This document shows positions 1-8,722 of a DNA stretch of 20,000 nt, piece after piece. The first letter of the stretch is position 1. Every line of letters begins with the position of its first letter. The position numbers and the translations under genes are program-made. Source of the DNA: Armatimonadota bacterium (GTDB lineage: Bacteria > Armatimonadota > Fimbriimonadia > Fimbriimonadales > Fimbriimonadaceae); assembly GCA_031400935.1 (NCBI GenBank), contig JANNQV010000058.1, positions 53,142-73,141 of the forward strand, in the 5' to 3' direction. The notes under the pieces were generated by a model. That model saw nothing but the letters and a program-made list of their open reading frames with translations, made no database searches and was not told where the DNA came from.

Positions 1-2289
1 CTGGTTCCGTATGGTGACAAAAAGACTGCGGCACATCTTCGCTATGCTACTCATCTGAAGCTTGGATATCAGCTATACGAGAGGAGTTTTGAGGAGTTTG
101 GCAAAGTTCGAAAACCCATTCTCTTTGTAATGACTGAAGATGCTGCATCGGCTAACGAGATTTCAGATTTCTTGGATAGTGATCAATTTCCGTTACTGAA
201 AGGCATGGTTCTGAACATCCACACACGGTTGAAAGGAAGCATTAGAAAAGTAACTAGAAATGGCAGAGAAGTCAAAGAGTTCATTGAAAGCGAATCTGGG
301 ATGAAGCCAGAAGAACTTCGTGCTCTTAGAGAGATGTCTAGGGACCTAGATTCACCTTCAAGTAAGTTTCGCTGTGTGGTTTCTGTAATGATGCTTAGAG
401 AAGGATGGGATGTTAGAAATGTCACGACTATTGTCCCATTGAGACCCTATTCAGCAGCATCTGGGATTTTGCCAGAACAAACTCTTGGCAGAGGACTTAG
501 AAGGATGTTTCCAGGTGAGCCAGACAAGACTGAAAAGGTCGTTGTTGTTCACCACAAAGCGTTTCGTGAGCTCTACGAAAAGGAACTTGCTCAAGAGGGT
601 TTAGACATTGCATTTCTACCCATACGAGATATATTCAAAGAAACAGTAACCATATTTGTTGACCACGATAAGAAGAATGTTGAGGAATTGGAAATTGAGA
701 TTCCATTGGTCTCAGATGCAGTGGAGTCGACGACTGAGCTTCAAAGTCTTGAATTTAGCGAGTTTGCCAACTACTTCAAAGCCAACTATAGGCCCTTGCC
801 AGTTGGCCAAAAGAAAGATGCACAAATCTCATATGAGGAAAGGCACCTGTTTACAGACGAGATTGTTGCACAGTTCAAGTTAGATGCTGGATTGCTTGCT
901 GCTGCTTTTACTGCATCTACCTATTTTGCCCAGATGCTTGGAAGAGGATGCAGAATTAGCAATCCGCACAAAGTTCTGGAGCCATTAATTGAAAGGTTCT
1001 TATCCGAAGTCTTATTTGAAAGAAAGGTCAGCCTTTACAATGGTGAAGTTGACCACAGAATGAGAGATGCAGATGTTTTGGAACACGTGAAAGCAACATT
1101 TGCTCCCTTAATAACAAAGAAAACAGTCTGGATAAAGGATCGTAAAAAGCTCTCAAAGGGTTCAAGACTCTCCGTTTGGAAACCATACCAAGCGACAAGC
1201 ACTGCTGATAGACCTGCACTTCCCGCAAAGAGAACCATGTTCAACTTGGTTCCTTGTGCAAACGAGTTAGAGCAGGGATTCACAGACTTTTGTGAGTTTG
1301 CAACTGACGTAGCTGCATTTGTCAAAAACAATGGCCCGCAGAAGCTAATGATTGATTACCTGAAGCCTGATGGACAAAGGGCCCTTTATGTTCCAGATTT
1401 CTTTGTTAGGTCAACGTCAGGCAAACACTTTCTTGTCGAGCTGAAGGGAAAGGTTGATGAACTTGTCCCGATGAAAGCACAGGCTGCATCAACTTGGTGC
1501 AAAGCTGCTTCAAAGGAAGTGGATTGGGAGTACCTATATATTCCGTACCATCTGTTTCAACAAAGCCATGCTTCAACAATTGCCGATATGGCCAGAGCCT
1601 GCATCCCTTCATTGAAGGATCTGATAAGCGAAGCAAAGAACCGTCAAGCAACACTACCACTAGAAGAAGCTACAGCCCTTGCTCATGCTGAAGACCTCTA
1701 CACCAAGACTTTGGCCAAATGCGGTGTGTCATTGCTTTCGGCAGATGTCGAAGGGAGAGTCCGACAAGCTCTTAATGCGCTTGAAGATGCTGTAGTAAAG
1801 AAGGCACCAACACTAGGCTTGGCTTTCCAACCACTTCTTGGTTCCCTTGATAATCTGTCCTTTCGCATCCTTGATCAAAGACTAAGTTCTCATGTCCCAC
1901 CCACCACAACCGAGAGAGAATACTACTTTGATCCTGTACTGTCAGGTTTTAGCGGTGGTGGACTCACTACCCTTCAAAAGCACCAAAGGTGGCTGAAGGA
2001 TAATCTTGTTCATGGCAGAAGAATGCAATTACTTGCAACACTTCTCTTTTGTTTGAAATATGCCAACGAGTGGGATCGGGATGCAGGTGGAGTCTGGGAT
2101 GATGTCAGAGATGAATTCTCTGCTGAGAAGTTGGCAATTCTGTTGCCGATTCTCACAAATGTAAATGATGTTAGGAACAGAAGCGTTGCACACGTAGACG
2201 TTGAGCTATCAGACCCAGAGGAAGCTTGGATCTACATGCGTGAGTGGATTAAGTGCCTTGCCATGATGCTTGACGGACTCGAATCTTAG
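1..2289 (+). CDS. Type III restriction Res-subunit-like SF2 helicase / PD-(D/E)xK nuclease with C-terminal HEPN-like domain (5' partial)
   Basis: Frame 1 is open from base 1 (LVPYGDKK...KPILFVM), so the gene starts upstream of the window. Helicase motifs MLREGWDV and EQTLGRGLR; nuclease motif YVPDFFV...LVELKG (about 1387-1449); RNRSVAH at 2173-2193. Confidence 0.8.
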   Translation: MVPYGDKKTAAHLRYATHLKLGYQLYERSFEEFGKVRKPILFVMTEDAASANEISDFLDSDQFPLLKGMVLNIHTRLKGSIRKVTRNGREVKEFIESESGMKPEELRALREMSRDLDSPSSKFRCVVSVMMLREGWDVRNVTTIVPLRPYSAASGILPEQTLGRGLRRMFPGEPDKTEKVVVVHHKAFRELYEKELAQEGLDIAFLPIRDIFKETVTIFVDHDKKNVEELEIEIPLVSDAVESTTELQSLEFSEFANYFKANYRPLPVGQKKDAQISYEERHLFTDEIVAQFKLDAGLLAAAFTASTYFAQMLGRGCRISNPHKVLEPLIERFLSEVLFERKVSLYNGEVDHRMRDADVLEHVKATFAPLITKKTVWIKDRKKLSKGSRLSVWKPYQATSTADRPALPAKRTMFNLVPCANELEQGFTDFCEFATDVAAFVKNNGPQKLMIDYLKPDGQRALYVPDFFVRSTSGKHFLVELKGKVDELVPMKAQAASTWCKAASKEVDWEYLYIPYHLFQQSHASTIADMARACIPSLKDLISEAKNRQATLPLEEATALAHAEDLYTKTLAKCGVSLLSADVEGRVRQALNALEDAVVKKAPTLGLAFQPLLGSLDNLSFRILDQRLSSHVPPTTTEREYYFDPVLSGFSGGGLTTLQKHQRWLKDNLVHGRRMQLLATLLFCLKYANEWDRDAGGVWDDVRDEFSAEKLAILLPILTNVNDVRNRSVAHVDVELSDPEEAWIYMREWIKCLAMMLDGLES

Positions 2290-2354
2290 CACGAAAACTT
2301 GGATGAAATAGCAAATTGGGACCTGTGGTAAGACTCTATCAGGATGGATTGAGA

Positions 2355-4115
2355 TTACGAGCTGAATCCGATTTGGTCCAGGAACCTGCATGGCCTGTTC
2401 CGAGTATCCGAACCATCTGTGAACACCATCAGAACTTTCTTTGCCCTAGTGAGGGCGACATACAGCACCCTCAGACTTTCAGCGATCTGTTCATCCTTCT
2501 CAGTCTGATCTGAGATGTATTCAACCGAGAAGTGTGGGATTCGACCATCGTGAGCATCTATGATGGCAACAGCATCGAACTCTCTACCTTTCGCTTTGTG
2601 AATCGTCATCAGTTGGAGACAGAGTTTTGGTCTTGCAAAGATTCCAAGATCTTCAACTTTAAGGTTCTCGTTTTCCTTGGTTGAAGCGATGTCCTCTGCC
2701 ATACGACTCGCGGATTCAATCAAGGAATCTGCTTCAGAATCTCCAATGGCTTCAGCCTCAATCAGTACTCTTGCGAAGGCTCTTGTCGCTTCGATCACCC
2801 ATTCTACGGCATATTCGTACTTTGACCTTGCTTGCCGAGCTACCTTCAGGATCTCGCATAATATGACCCTTCCCTTGAAATCGTAGACACTAACAGTGGA
2901 ATCTGGAACTAGGTTCGTCAACAGAATGTACAGGGCACGTTGCACTGACAGAACAATCTCTGGTTCTGGGCTTTCCAGATATGCTCCAATTGCTTCCATG
3001 AGCTGAGCAACTTGGTTCGATCTCTTGTATGGTCTCGCTCCTGGGCCAACAACAGGTATCCCTTGAGCCCTCAATTCCTTGGCCACCTTGTACAGTGAAA
3101 ACCACCAGGGAGCAAGGATCGCTGCATTGCCTATTTCAATGTTATGTTCTTTCAGTTTTGGTAAGAAGTGAGTAAATATGGCATCGTTGGTTGAATCCGC
3201 ATGAATGCGCTGTGGAGTCTCCACAAAGTCAATATGTTCACCAACAGCCATCATTGGAGGAACAGTCGGTAAAAGATTCTCAGCACAGTTAACGATCCTC
3301 TGAGAGCATCGAAAGTTTCCAGTAAGTCTCACATCAAGTGAAGCTCCAGTGCTTTCAGCGAACTTGGTTAGCAATGTTGGAGTCGCTCCAGCAAATCTGT
3401 ATATTGACTGATTGGGATCTCCAACGCAAAAGAACTTTGTCTTACCATACGAATGAATTCGATAAAGAATTCTGATCTGTCCCGGTGATGTGTCTTGAAA
3501 CTCATCAACCAAGAGAAATGCGAACTTGCTTGCCAATCCTCTGGCGATATGGTTGTACTCGATGAGTTTCGATGCAAAGTATACGATGTCATTCAAGCAA
3601 ACATATGCATTGTCATCACACCACTTGCACCATTCCACCATCAGCTGAGTTGATAATCCTTGGACTTGGTACGGTGATCCATTTGGACTTCTATTAATTT
3701 GCTCAAAGAGTTGTTTATCCTTGGCTCGAAGATCGTACTTAGTGATTAACTCATCAACTTTGTCCTTGAACTCTTCAGCATCCTGAGTTAAGATTGTATA
3801 ACCATCTTTCAATACTGGAAGAAGATGATAAAACGGCCTTAGGATATGTTTGAGGCAGAATGAATGGATCGTGCTGACTTCATACAAGTCATCATCATTG
3901 CCAAAGCTGGATGAGCGAATCCTTGCATCAATCTCATCTGCGGCTGCATTGGTGTGCGTAATGCATCCAACTTTCCTGGTTGTGCCTCTGACAACATCAA
4001 CACAATAAATGAGCTTAGCAATAATCACCCTTGTCTTGCCACTTCCAGGACATGATACAAGGCACACATTGCCCTCGATCTCAATCGCTTGACGTTGCTC
4101 TACGGTAAGTCTCAT
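2355..4115 (-). CDS. gajB: UvrD/PcrA-like SF1 helicase, GajB-like
   Basis: Motifs CPGSGKT, DEFQD, VGDPNQSIY, NFRC, TIHKAKGREFD and YVALTRAK. The ATG at 4115 overlaps the upstream TGA (ATGA); an alternative GTG start is at 4127. Confidence 0.85.
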   Translation of the reverse strand: MRLTVEQRQAIEIEGNVCLVSCPGSGKTRVIIAKLIYCVDVVRGTTRKVGCITHTNAAADEIDARIRSSSFGNDDDLYEVSTIHSFCLKHILRPFYHLLPVLKDGYTILTQDAEEFKDKVDELITKYDLRAKDKQLFEQINRSPNGSPYQVQGLSTQLMVEWCKWCDDNAYVCLNDIVYFASKLIEYNHIARGLASKFAFLLVDEFQDTSPGQIRILYRIHSYGKTKFFCVGDPNQSIYRFAGATPTLLTKFAESTGASLDVRLTGNFRCSQRIVNCAENLLPTVPPMMAVGEHIDFVETPQRIHADSTNDAIFTHFLPKLKEHNIEIGNAAILAPWWFSLYKVAKELRAQGIPVVGPGARPYKRSNQVAQLMEAIGAYLESPEPEIVLSVQRALYILLTNLVPDSTVSVYDFKGRVILCEILKVARQARSKYEYAVEWVIEATRAFARVLIEAEAIGDSEADSLIESASRMAEDIASTKENENLKVEDLGIFARPKLCLQLMTIHKAKGREFDAVAIIDAHDGRIPHFSVEYISDQTEKDEQIAESLRVLYVALTRAKKVLMVFTDGSDTRNRPCRFLDQIGFSS

Positions 4116-5923
4116 CCTGTAAGCCACTCAACAGCTTTTGAAACGTACTCAGGAATGTCGTTTGCATGTTTCGTATGTCGAGCTGTAATTTGTGCAAATC
4201 TGGCCTTACCAATTCTCTTTGCAAGATTCAGAACCCTTGTCCCGATCTGATCTGTTGGAAGGTTTGCTTCCTCTCTCGCAATTGCTTCTTGTAGTTCCTT
4301 GAGTAACTTTTGCAAAGATGCAGCTTGGACTTCGTATGCTGCCCATTCCAACATATGAAAGTTGCCCGATGTAGCAATCTCCCTTTCAAACGTAGAAGTA
4401 CTTTGGAACACTTTCACCAAGTCGTTTTCTTCTACATTCAGTTGCCTCAATGTACTGACATCAACATCAGATTCTGCATCTTCAGTATCGACTGCATCTG
4501 AGGGGACAAGATCACCGTCTGCAACCACAGCACACTTCTTTTGAATTCCTTCAGGACCAAACAGCTTCGCATAGACTGAGAAGTGAGTTCCATATATCGG
4601 AACAACAGATATTCCAAGATCTTCCAAGTCAATTCCCATAACCTGTTTGACCAATGGTGGGATCAAGAATTGTTCTGCTGGACCTTCAACCAACATGACA
4701 CGTCGAGCATACAAGAGTGTGGATCTGGTTGCGTCGAGGTATCGCTCCAGATCTGCCCCAATCTTCTCATCAATCCCTGGAATCTGTGCAACTCGAACAG
4801 ATCCTGTGGCTGCACTGCCAGTAGATGTAAGGACTACTTGCCTTTCCAATGGAATCGCAGATGTGACGTGTGTGCTATGTGAAGTTACAAATACCTGGAC
4901 ACTTTTGTTCAGCAACATTGAAACCAGAACCCTCTGAAGCTGTGGATGCAAATGTGCCTCAGGCTCTTCAATCAATAGCAGCTGGCCAGCCATTTTCGCA
5001 TCAACTCGACGCTGCTCGAAATATCTCAGGATCATGCTGATGAAGAGAACATTATTCAAGCCAAGTCCATTTCTGGATGGATCTATATTGTCCAGTCCAT
5101 AACCTGAAAGTAGAACCTTGATACCTCTTGTAATATCAGTGAATGTTGGAGTTCCTAATCCCAATGAAACCGACATTGAATATGTTTTGCCAGCCGCTTC
5201 GCCAAATGAAGCTGTGATCTCATTCGCAAGATCCTTGATTGATTCGCTGTCATTGATTTGCTTGTTCGCATCCTTCAATAAGTCAACTAAGCCGGTTTGC
5301 TCTTCAGCAGGGAATCCTTTCTGATCAATCAATTGCTGAAGCGGAGATCCTCTTTGTTGAGCAAGCCGCGATTCAACATCTCGCAGAGCTTCCATCAATA
5401 CGACCAAATATCCCTGCTGTAGTGTTTCGGATCGGAAGTAAGATCCAAAGTTGTCACTCCAACTGATTGTGGACAGATCAATATCATCTCCACCACCAAC
5501 CAATTCCCAATGATAGTCATCAAGGTTCAGTTCTCTGGCAGGTTTGCCATCTCCCCATTGAGCGATCTCGTCTCTGACCACAGCTCTCGGCCTGAATCTG
5601 TAGCTGAGCCTTGCTACTCCAGATTCAAGTACAGCTTCACAAATCAATGCCTCTTGCTCAGGCTGATCGGCAAAGTCCGAGAACTCAATTGAGATCAGCA
5701 CATGCTCAGGCTTTTTGAATGTGAGGCCGACTGAAACCTCATCTTCCTGCAAACACCGTCGAGCAGAGCTGATAGTTCCGTCCAATACGAGCCTAAGTGC
5801 ATAGAAGAGGTTTGTCTTTCCAGAGTTATTCTCACCGATGAAGCAAGTCACTCCGTCGCAAATTGGGACATCCAAGTGTCGGAAGTTACGAAAATTCCTT
5901 ATGAAAATCCTGCTAATGTGCAT
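4112..5923 (-). CDS. gajA: OLD-family ATP-dependent nuclease (ABC ATPase + TOPRIM), GajA-like
   Basis: N-terminal IRNFRNF, Walker A GENNSGKTN, Walker B/D-loop LLIEEPEAHLHP, H-loop TSHS, TOPRIM LVEG and DGD. Translationally coupled to the UvrD gene. Start is ATG 5923 or TTG 5935. Confidence 0.85.
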   Translation of the reverse strand: MHISRIFIRNFRNFRHLDVPICDGVTCFIGENNSGKTNLFYALRLVLDGTISSARRCLQEDEVSVGLTFKKPEHVLISIEFSDFADQPEQEALICEAVLESGVARLSYRFRPRAVVRDEIAQWGDGKPARELNLDDYHWELVGGGDDIDLSTISWSDNFGSYFRSETLQQGYLVVLMEALRDVESRLAQQRGSPLQQLIDQKGFPAEEQTGLVDLLKDANKQINDSESIKDLANEITASFGEAAGKTYSMSVSLGLGTPTFTDITRGIKVLLSGYGLDNIDPSRNGLGLNNVLFISMILRYFEQRRVDAKMAGQLLLIEEPEAHLHPQLQRVLVSMLLNKSVQVFVTSHSTHVTSAIPLERQVVLTSTGSAATGSVRVAQIPGIDEKIGADLERYLDATRSTLLYARRVMLVEGPAEQFLIPPLVKQVMGIDLEDLGISVVPIYGTHFSVYAKLFGPEGIQKKCAVVADGDLVPSDAVDTEDAESDVDVSTLRQLNVEENDLVKVFQSTSTFEREIATSGNFHMLEWAAYEVQAASLQKLLKELQEAIAREEANLPTDQIGTRVLNLAKRIGKARFAQITARHTKHANDIPEYVSKAVEWLTG

Positions 5924-7303
5924 TTCTTGTCCCAAATCCTCACAACAAAGACCCTCTCGAACTAAGTATACGCATTGGCTTGTTAAAAACTAGAGGTCCG
6001 TGAATATGGATGCCATGAAAAGGCTTGGAATGCTCTGAAAATGCGGAATACTTTTCTTTGCAATTTCACTCCCATAAGTTTATTCAGGCAGAAGCTGCCA
6101 TTGTCCTAGCCTGCTCTTCTTTTGGCTCTGTCAAGAGAGCCCTTCCTTTTGTTTCAAACTTATTTTCACAACTCAAATAAACTGGAAAGGAAAGAGTGTA
6201 ACTTAGTTACACATTTCTTTGATTAGGTTCGATTCGGGTTTTCCTTCCTTAAGCGCCCTTCCTCAAGCCTCCAATCTCATATAACTTTTATTAAATTCTG
6301 AAAGGGAGAACTGGGAACTGTGTTCCCAGATTCTTGACGAACTTGTTTTTCAAGGCATTTTTATTCTCTGTTTCAGAATTGAGTTTATTGGGTTCAAGAT
6401 GCAGAAACTCCTTAAGACTCAAATTCCTACGAATCAACTTTACTAAATTCTGGATTGAAGAATAATGGGAACGAGGTTCCCATTACCAAAGGATCATTTA
6501 TTTCACTATTCAGTATTTTTGAATTAACTTGAAATCCTAAGGAACTCCATCTATACTGCTCCCTGTTCAAGGGAGCAATTTGTTTTTGCTGGAAATAGGT
6601 TCGAATATGATGAAGAAATCTCTCTCGGTGATCCACCAATACTAATCTTCACTCCCATTTCCCAAGCTCTGCTGTGAAGCAATCAGGGTCTCTTACGTGT
6701 TTTTGAGAAGGTGCACGACTGTTTACGTGCCGCTGCATACTTCAGCTAACCGCTTCAACCAGATGCCTTGGTTTAGGATGGGACTTACACCTTGCTCTTT
6801 TGCAGAGCTTCTATATGCTGGTCCAAGAAATATGATCTTGGCCTTTCTTTCACCCACAATTCGACTTGCAGATGTTATTTTCAAATTCAATATTATTGTT
6901 GTGGCAATCGAGACAAACTTGCACAGTTTCTTGCGATTTCCAAATCAAATAGAGGATGCGACCTCTAATAATACTACTCATTTTCTGACGGAAATATTAC
7001 AAAAATCTCTCAACATCCTGAGAACATTCAAGAAGGAATATGATCCTGAACAGCCCTGTTCACATACAAAAGGGCACAGAAATGACTTAACCCCACCTTA
7101 GGCCCACCCTAGCTATGGGTTAGGGTACCAATGTAGTCTTAAAGAGCGCAGTAAGTCCCCAGTAACCACAAGTCTTCCTAGCATTGAAGCTCTTAGAGAA
7201 CGAGAACCCAATAATGACATACCTCTGAGAGATAGGGGCGCCTTGAGTTAATGACCCCCCCATCGTTTCTGAGAATTATATTTTCCTCCAGTGGTCCTGT
7301 TTC

Positions 7304-7417
7304 CACAGACTTCGTCTGTGCCTAGGGCAGCCCAAATTCCAACTAGGTGGTGAAAGACAAGTTCTTTCTATATTCCAGTTTTGTATTTAAGAAAGGGTAG
7401 CTCCAGCTTCGCTGGAG
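7304..7417. repeat. Cluster of short hairpins, two with CTTCG (minus strand CGAAG) triloops
   Basis: CACAGAC-TTC-GTCTGTG at 7304-7320; GAAAGA-caagt-TCTTTC at 7352-7368; CTCCAGC-TTC-GCTGGAG at 7401-7417. Confidence 0.7.
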
Positions 7418-7502
7418 AAAGAAATCGCTCACTCAGTTACTCCAACTCACTCACTCACAAACCTGTTAAGGGTCAGGCCGAGTGCTTGATAAGGAGAAAT
7501 CA

Positions 7503-8300
7503 ATGAATGACAAGATCCAGAGTAAGGCTGACCAAGCCATACTTACTCTCTCTCAGTCCCTTGATCAGGGCAAATCTGAGACTCTCAAAACCTACCTAAC
7601 TACTATGGCAAAATTCCATAGGTACTCCTGGTTCAACTGTATGTTGATATGGCTTCAGAAACCTAATGCTACTCATGTTGCAGGGTTCAAGAAGTGGTTA
7701 GAATTGGGTAGGTGTGTAAAGCATGGCCAGTCAGGGATTATGATTCTTGCTCCTGTGATTTATAGGAAATCTAAGGCTGAGAAAACCCAAGAGGAGACTG
7801 AGCAGAGAGAAACTGCAACTAACTTTACGACGGCATTTGTCTTTGACATATCCCAGACTGAAGGTCGACCACTAGCTGCACTTAGCAGAAGAACTGGTAA
7901 CCCTGGCATTTACACTGAAAGAATTGTATCCTTTGCGAACAGTAAGGGAATCATAGTCAAATTTGCTGAGAACCTGAATGGCTGTTTGGGACTCAGCAGA
8001 GGCGGAGTTATAGAGGTCCTGTCAGATCTTCCAGCTGCAGAAAAGTTTGGTGTACTCGTGCATGAGGTTTGTCATGAAATCCTTCACCAAGGTGAGCATG
8101 TTGGAACTAAGCCTAAGGTAGTAAAAGAGTTGGAAGCCGAAGCAACAGCCTTTGTAGTCTGCACTGCCATTGGCCTAGAGGATAGGTCAGCATCTGCTGA
8201 CTACATCCACTTGTACCAAGGAGATTCTCAGCTACTCATGGCTAGTCTAGCTTCTATCCAGAAAGCCTCATCTATGATCTTGAAAGACATCCTTGACTGA
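7503..8300 (+). CDS. ArdC-like protein (N-terminal ssDNA-binding domain + zincin-like HExxH domain)
   Basis: FHRYSWFNCMLIWLQKPNATHVAGFKKW..LGRCVKHG and VFDISQTEG are typical of the ArdC N-domain; HEVCH...ELEAE is the metalloprotease-like motif. SD AAGGAG at 7491-7496 precedes ATG 7503. Confidence 0.8.
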   Translation: MNDKIQSKADQAILTLSQSLDQGKSETLKTYLTTMAKFHRYSWFNCMLIWLQKPNATHVAGFKKWLELGRCVKHGQSGIMILAPVIYRKSKAEKTQEETEQRETATNFTTAFVFDISQTEGRPLAALSRRTGNPGIYTERIVSFANSKGIIVKFAENLNGCLGLSRGGVIEVLSDLPAAEKFGVLVHEVCHEILHQGEHVGTKPKVVKELEAEATAFVVCTAIGLEDRSASADYIHLYQGDSQLLMASLASIQKASSMILKDILD

Positions 8301-8420
8301 GCCTGATTGGCCTGCCTGTGATTGATGCCCTGCAGACGTTCATTGGAGCCTTCACATAGGGTCCCTTCCAATGTACTTTGCAGGGCAAATAATCTTTCAG
8401 GCATGGTTAGGCAATAGGCT
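8300..8420. repeat. Long imperfect inverted repeat (rod-like stem-loop 1)
   Basis: Nested pairs AGCCT/AGGCT, TGCCTG/CAGGCA, TGCCCTGCA (8326-8334)/TGCAGGGCA (8379-8387) and CATTGGA/TCCAATG. Confidence 0.8.
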
Positions 8421-8431
8421 TCCTGTTCACC

Positions 8432-8626
8432 ACAAATCAGTCACTGGCATGAAAAGTGGACATGCCTCCCAGACTGAATTCACCTAGGTAGTTCACGCTC
8501 ATCGCTGCTAGATACTGCAGGCACAAACCATCCTGCTGTATCTAGCAAAAGATGCCCTGCGGGACGCTACTACCTAGCGACTTCTAGTCTGGTGCCCTCC
8601 ACCTTCATGCTACGGAACTGATTTGT
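8432..8626. repeat. Long imperfect inverted repeat (rod-like stem-loop 2, about 195 nt)
   Basis: Nested pairs ACAAATCAGT/ACTGATTTGT, GCATGAA/TTCATGC, GTGGA/TCCAC, CCAGACT/AGTCTGG, CTAGGTAGT/ACTACCTAG, TGCTAGATAC/GTATCTAGCA and GCAGG/CCTGC. Confidence 0.85.
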
Positions 8627-8641
8627 AAGCTCACTGTCCGA

Positions 8642-8705
8642 AGTGTTTGATGTCACTTGACATCAAACACTAGTGATAGGCATAATTATGCTGACAGATG
8701 TCATC
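8642..8705 (+). promoter_or_regulatory. Sigma70 promoter with two putative BlaI-family operators
   Basis: TTGACA (8657-8662), 18 bp spacer, CATAAT (8681-8686). A perfect 14-bp-arm inverted repeat at 8642-8671 contains GATGTCActTGACATC; the second site GCTGACAgaTGTCATC is at 8690-8705. Confidence 0.75.
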
Positions 8706-8722
8706 AACCTAAGGAGGATTTC

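Noticed and set aside
6697..7101. 134-aa + strand ORF, plus 6427-6639 (-) and a 43-aa Cys-containing ORF at 6850-6981 (-)
   Set aside because: No SD, no recognisable motifs and atypical composition, so they cannot be supported as genes.
7428..7458. CTCA/ACTC short repeats as a CRISPR or iteron array
   Set aside because: Too short and irregular. No repeat-spacer array or cas gene was seen anywhere in the window.
8300..8626. Retron msr-msd or DGR element
   Set aside because: There is no reverse transcriptase in the window.
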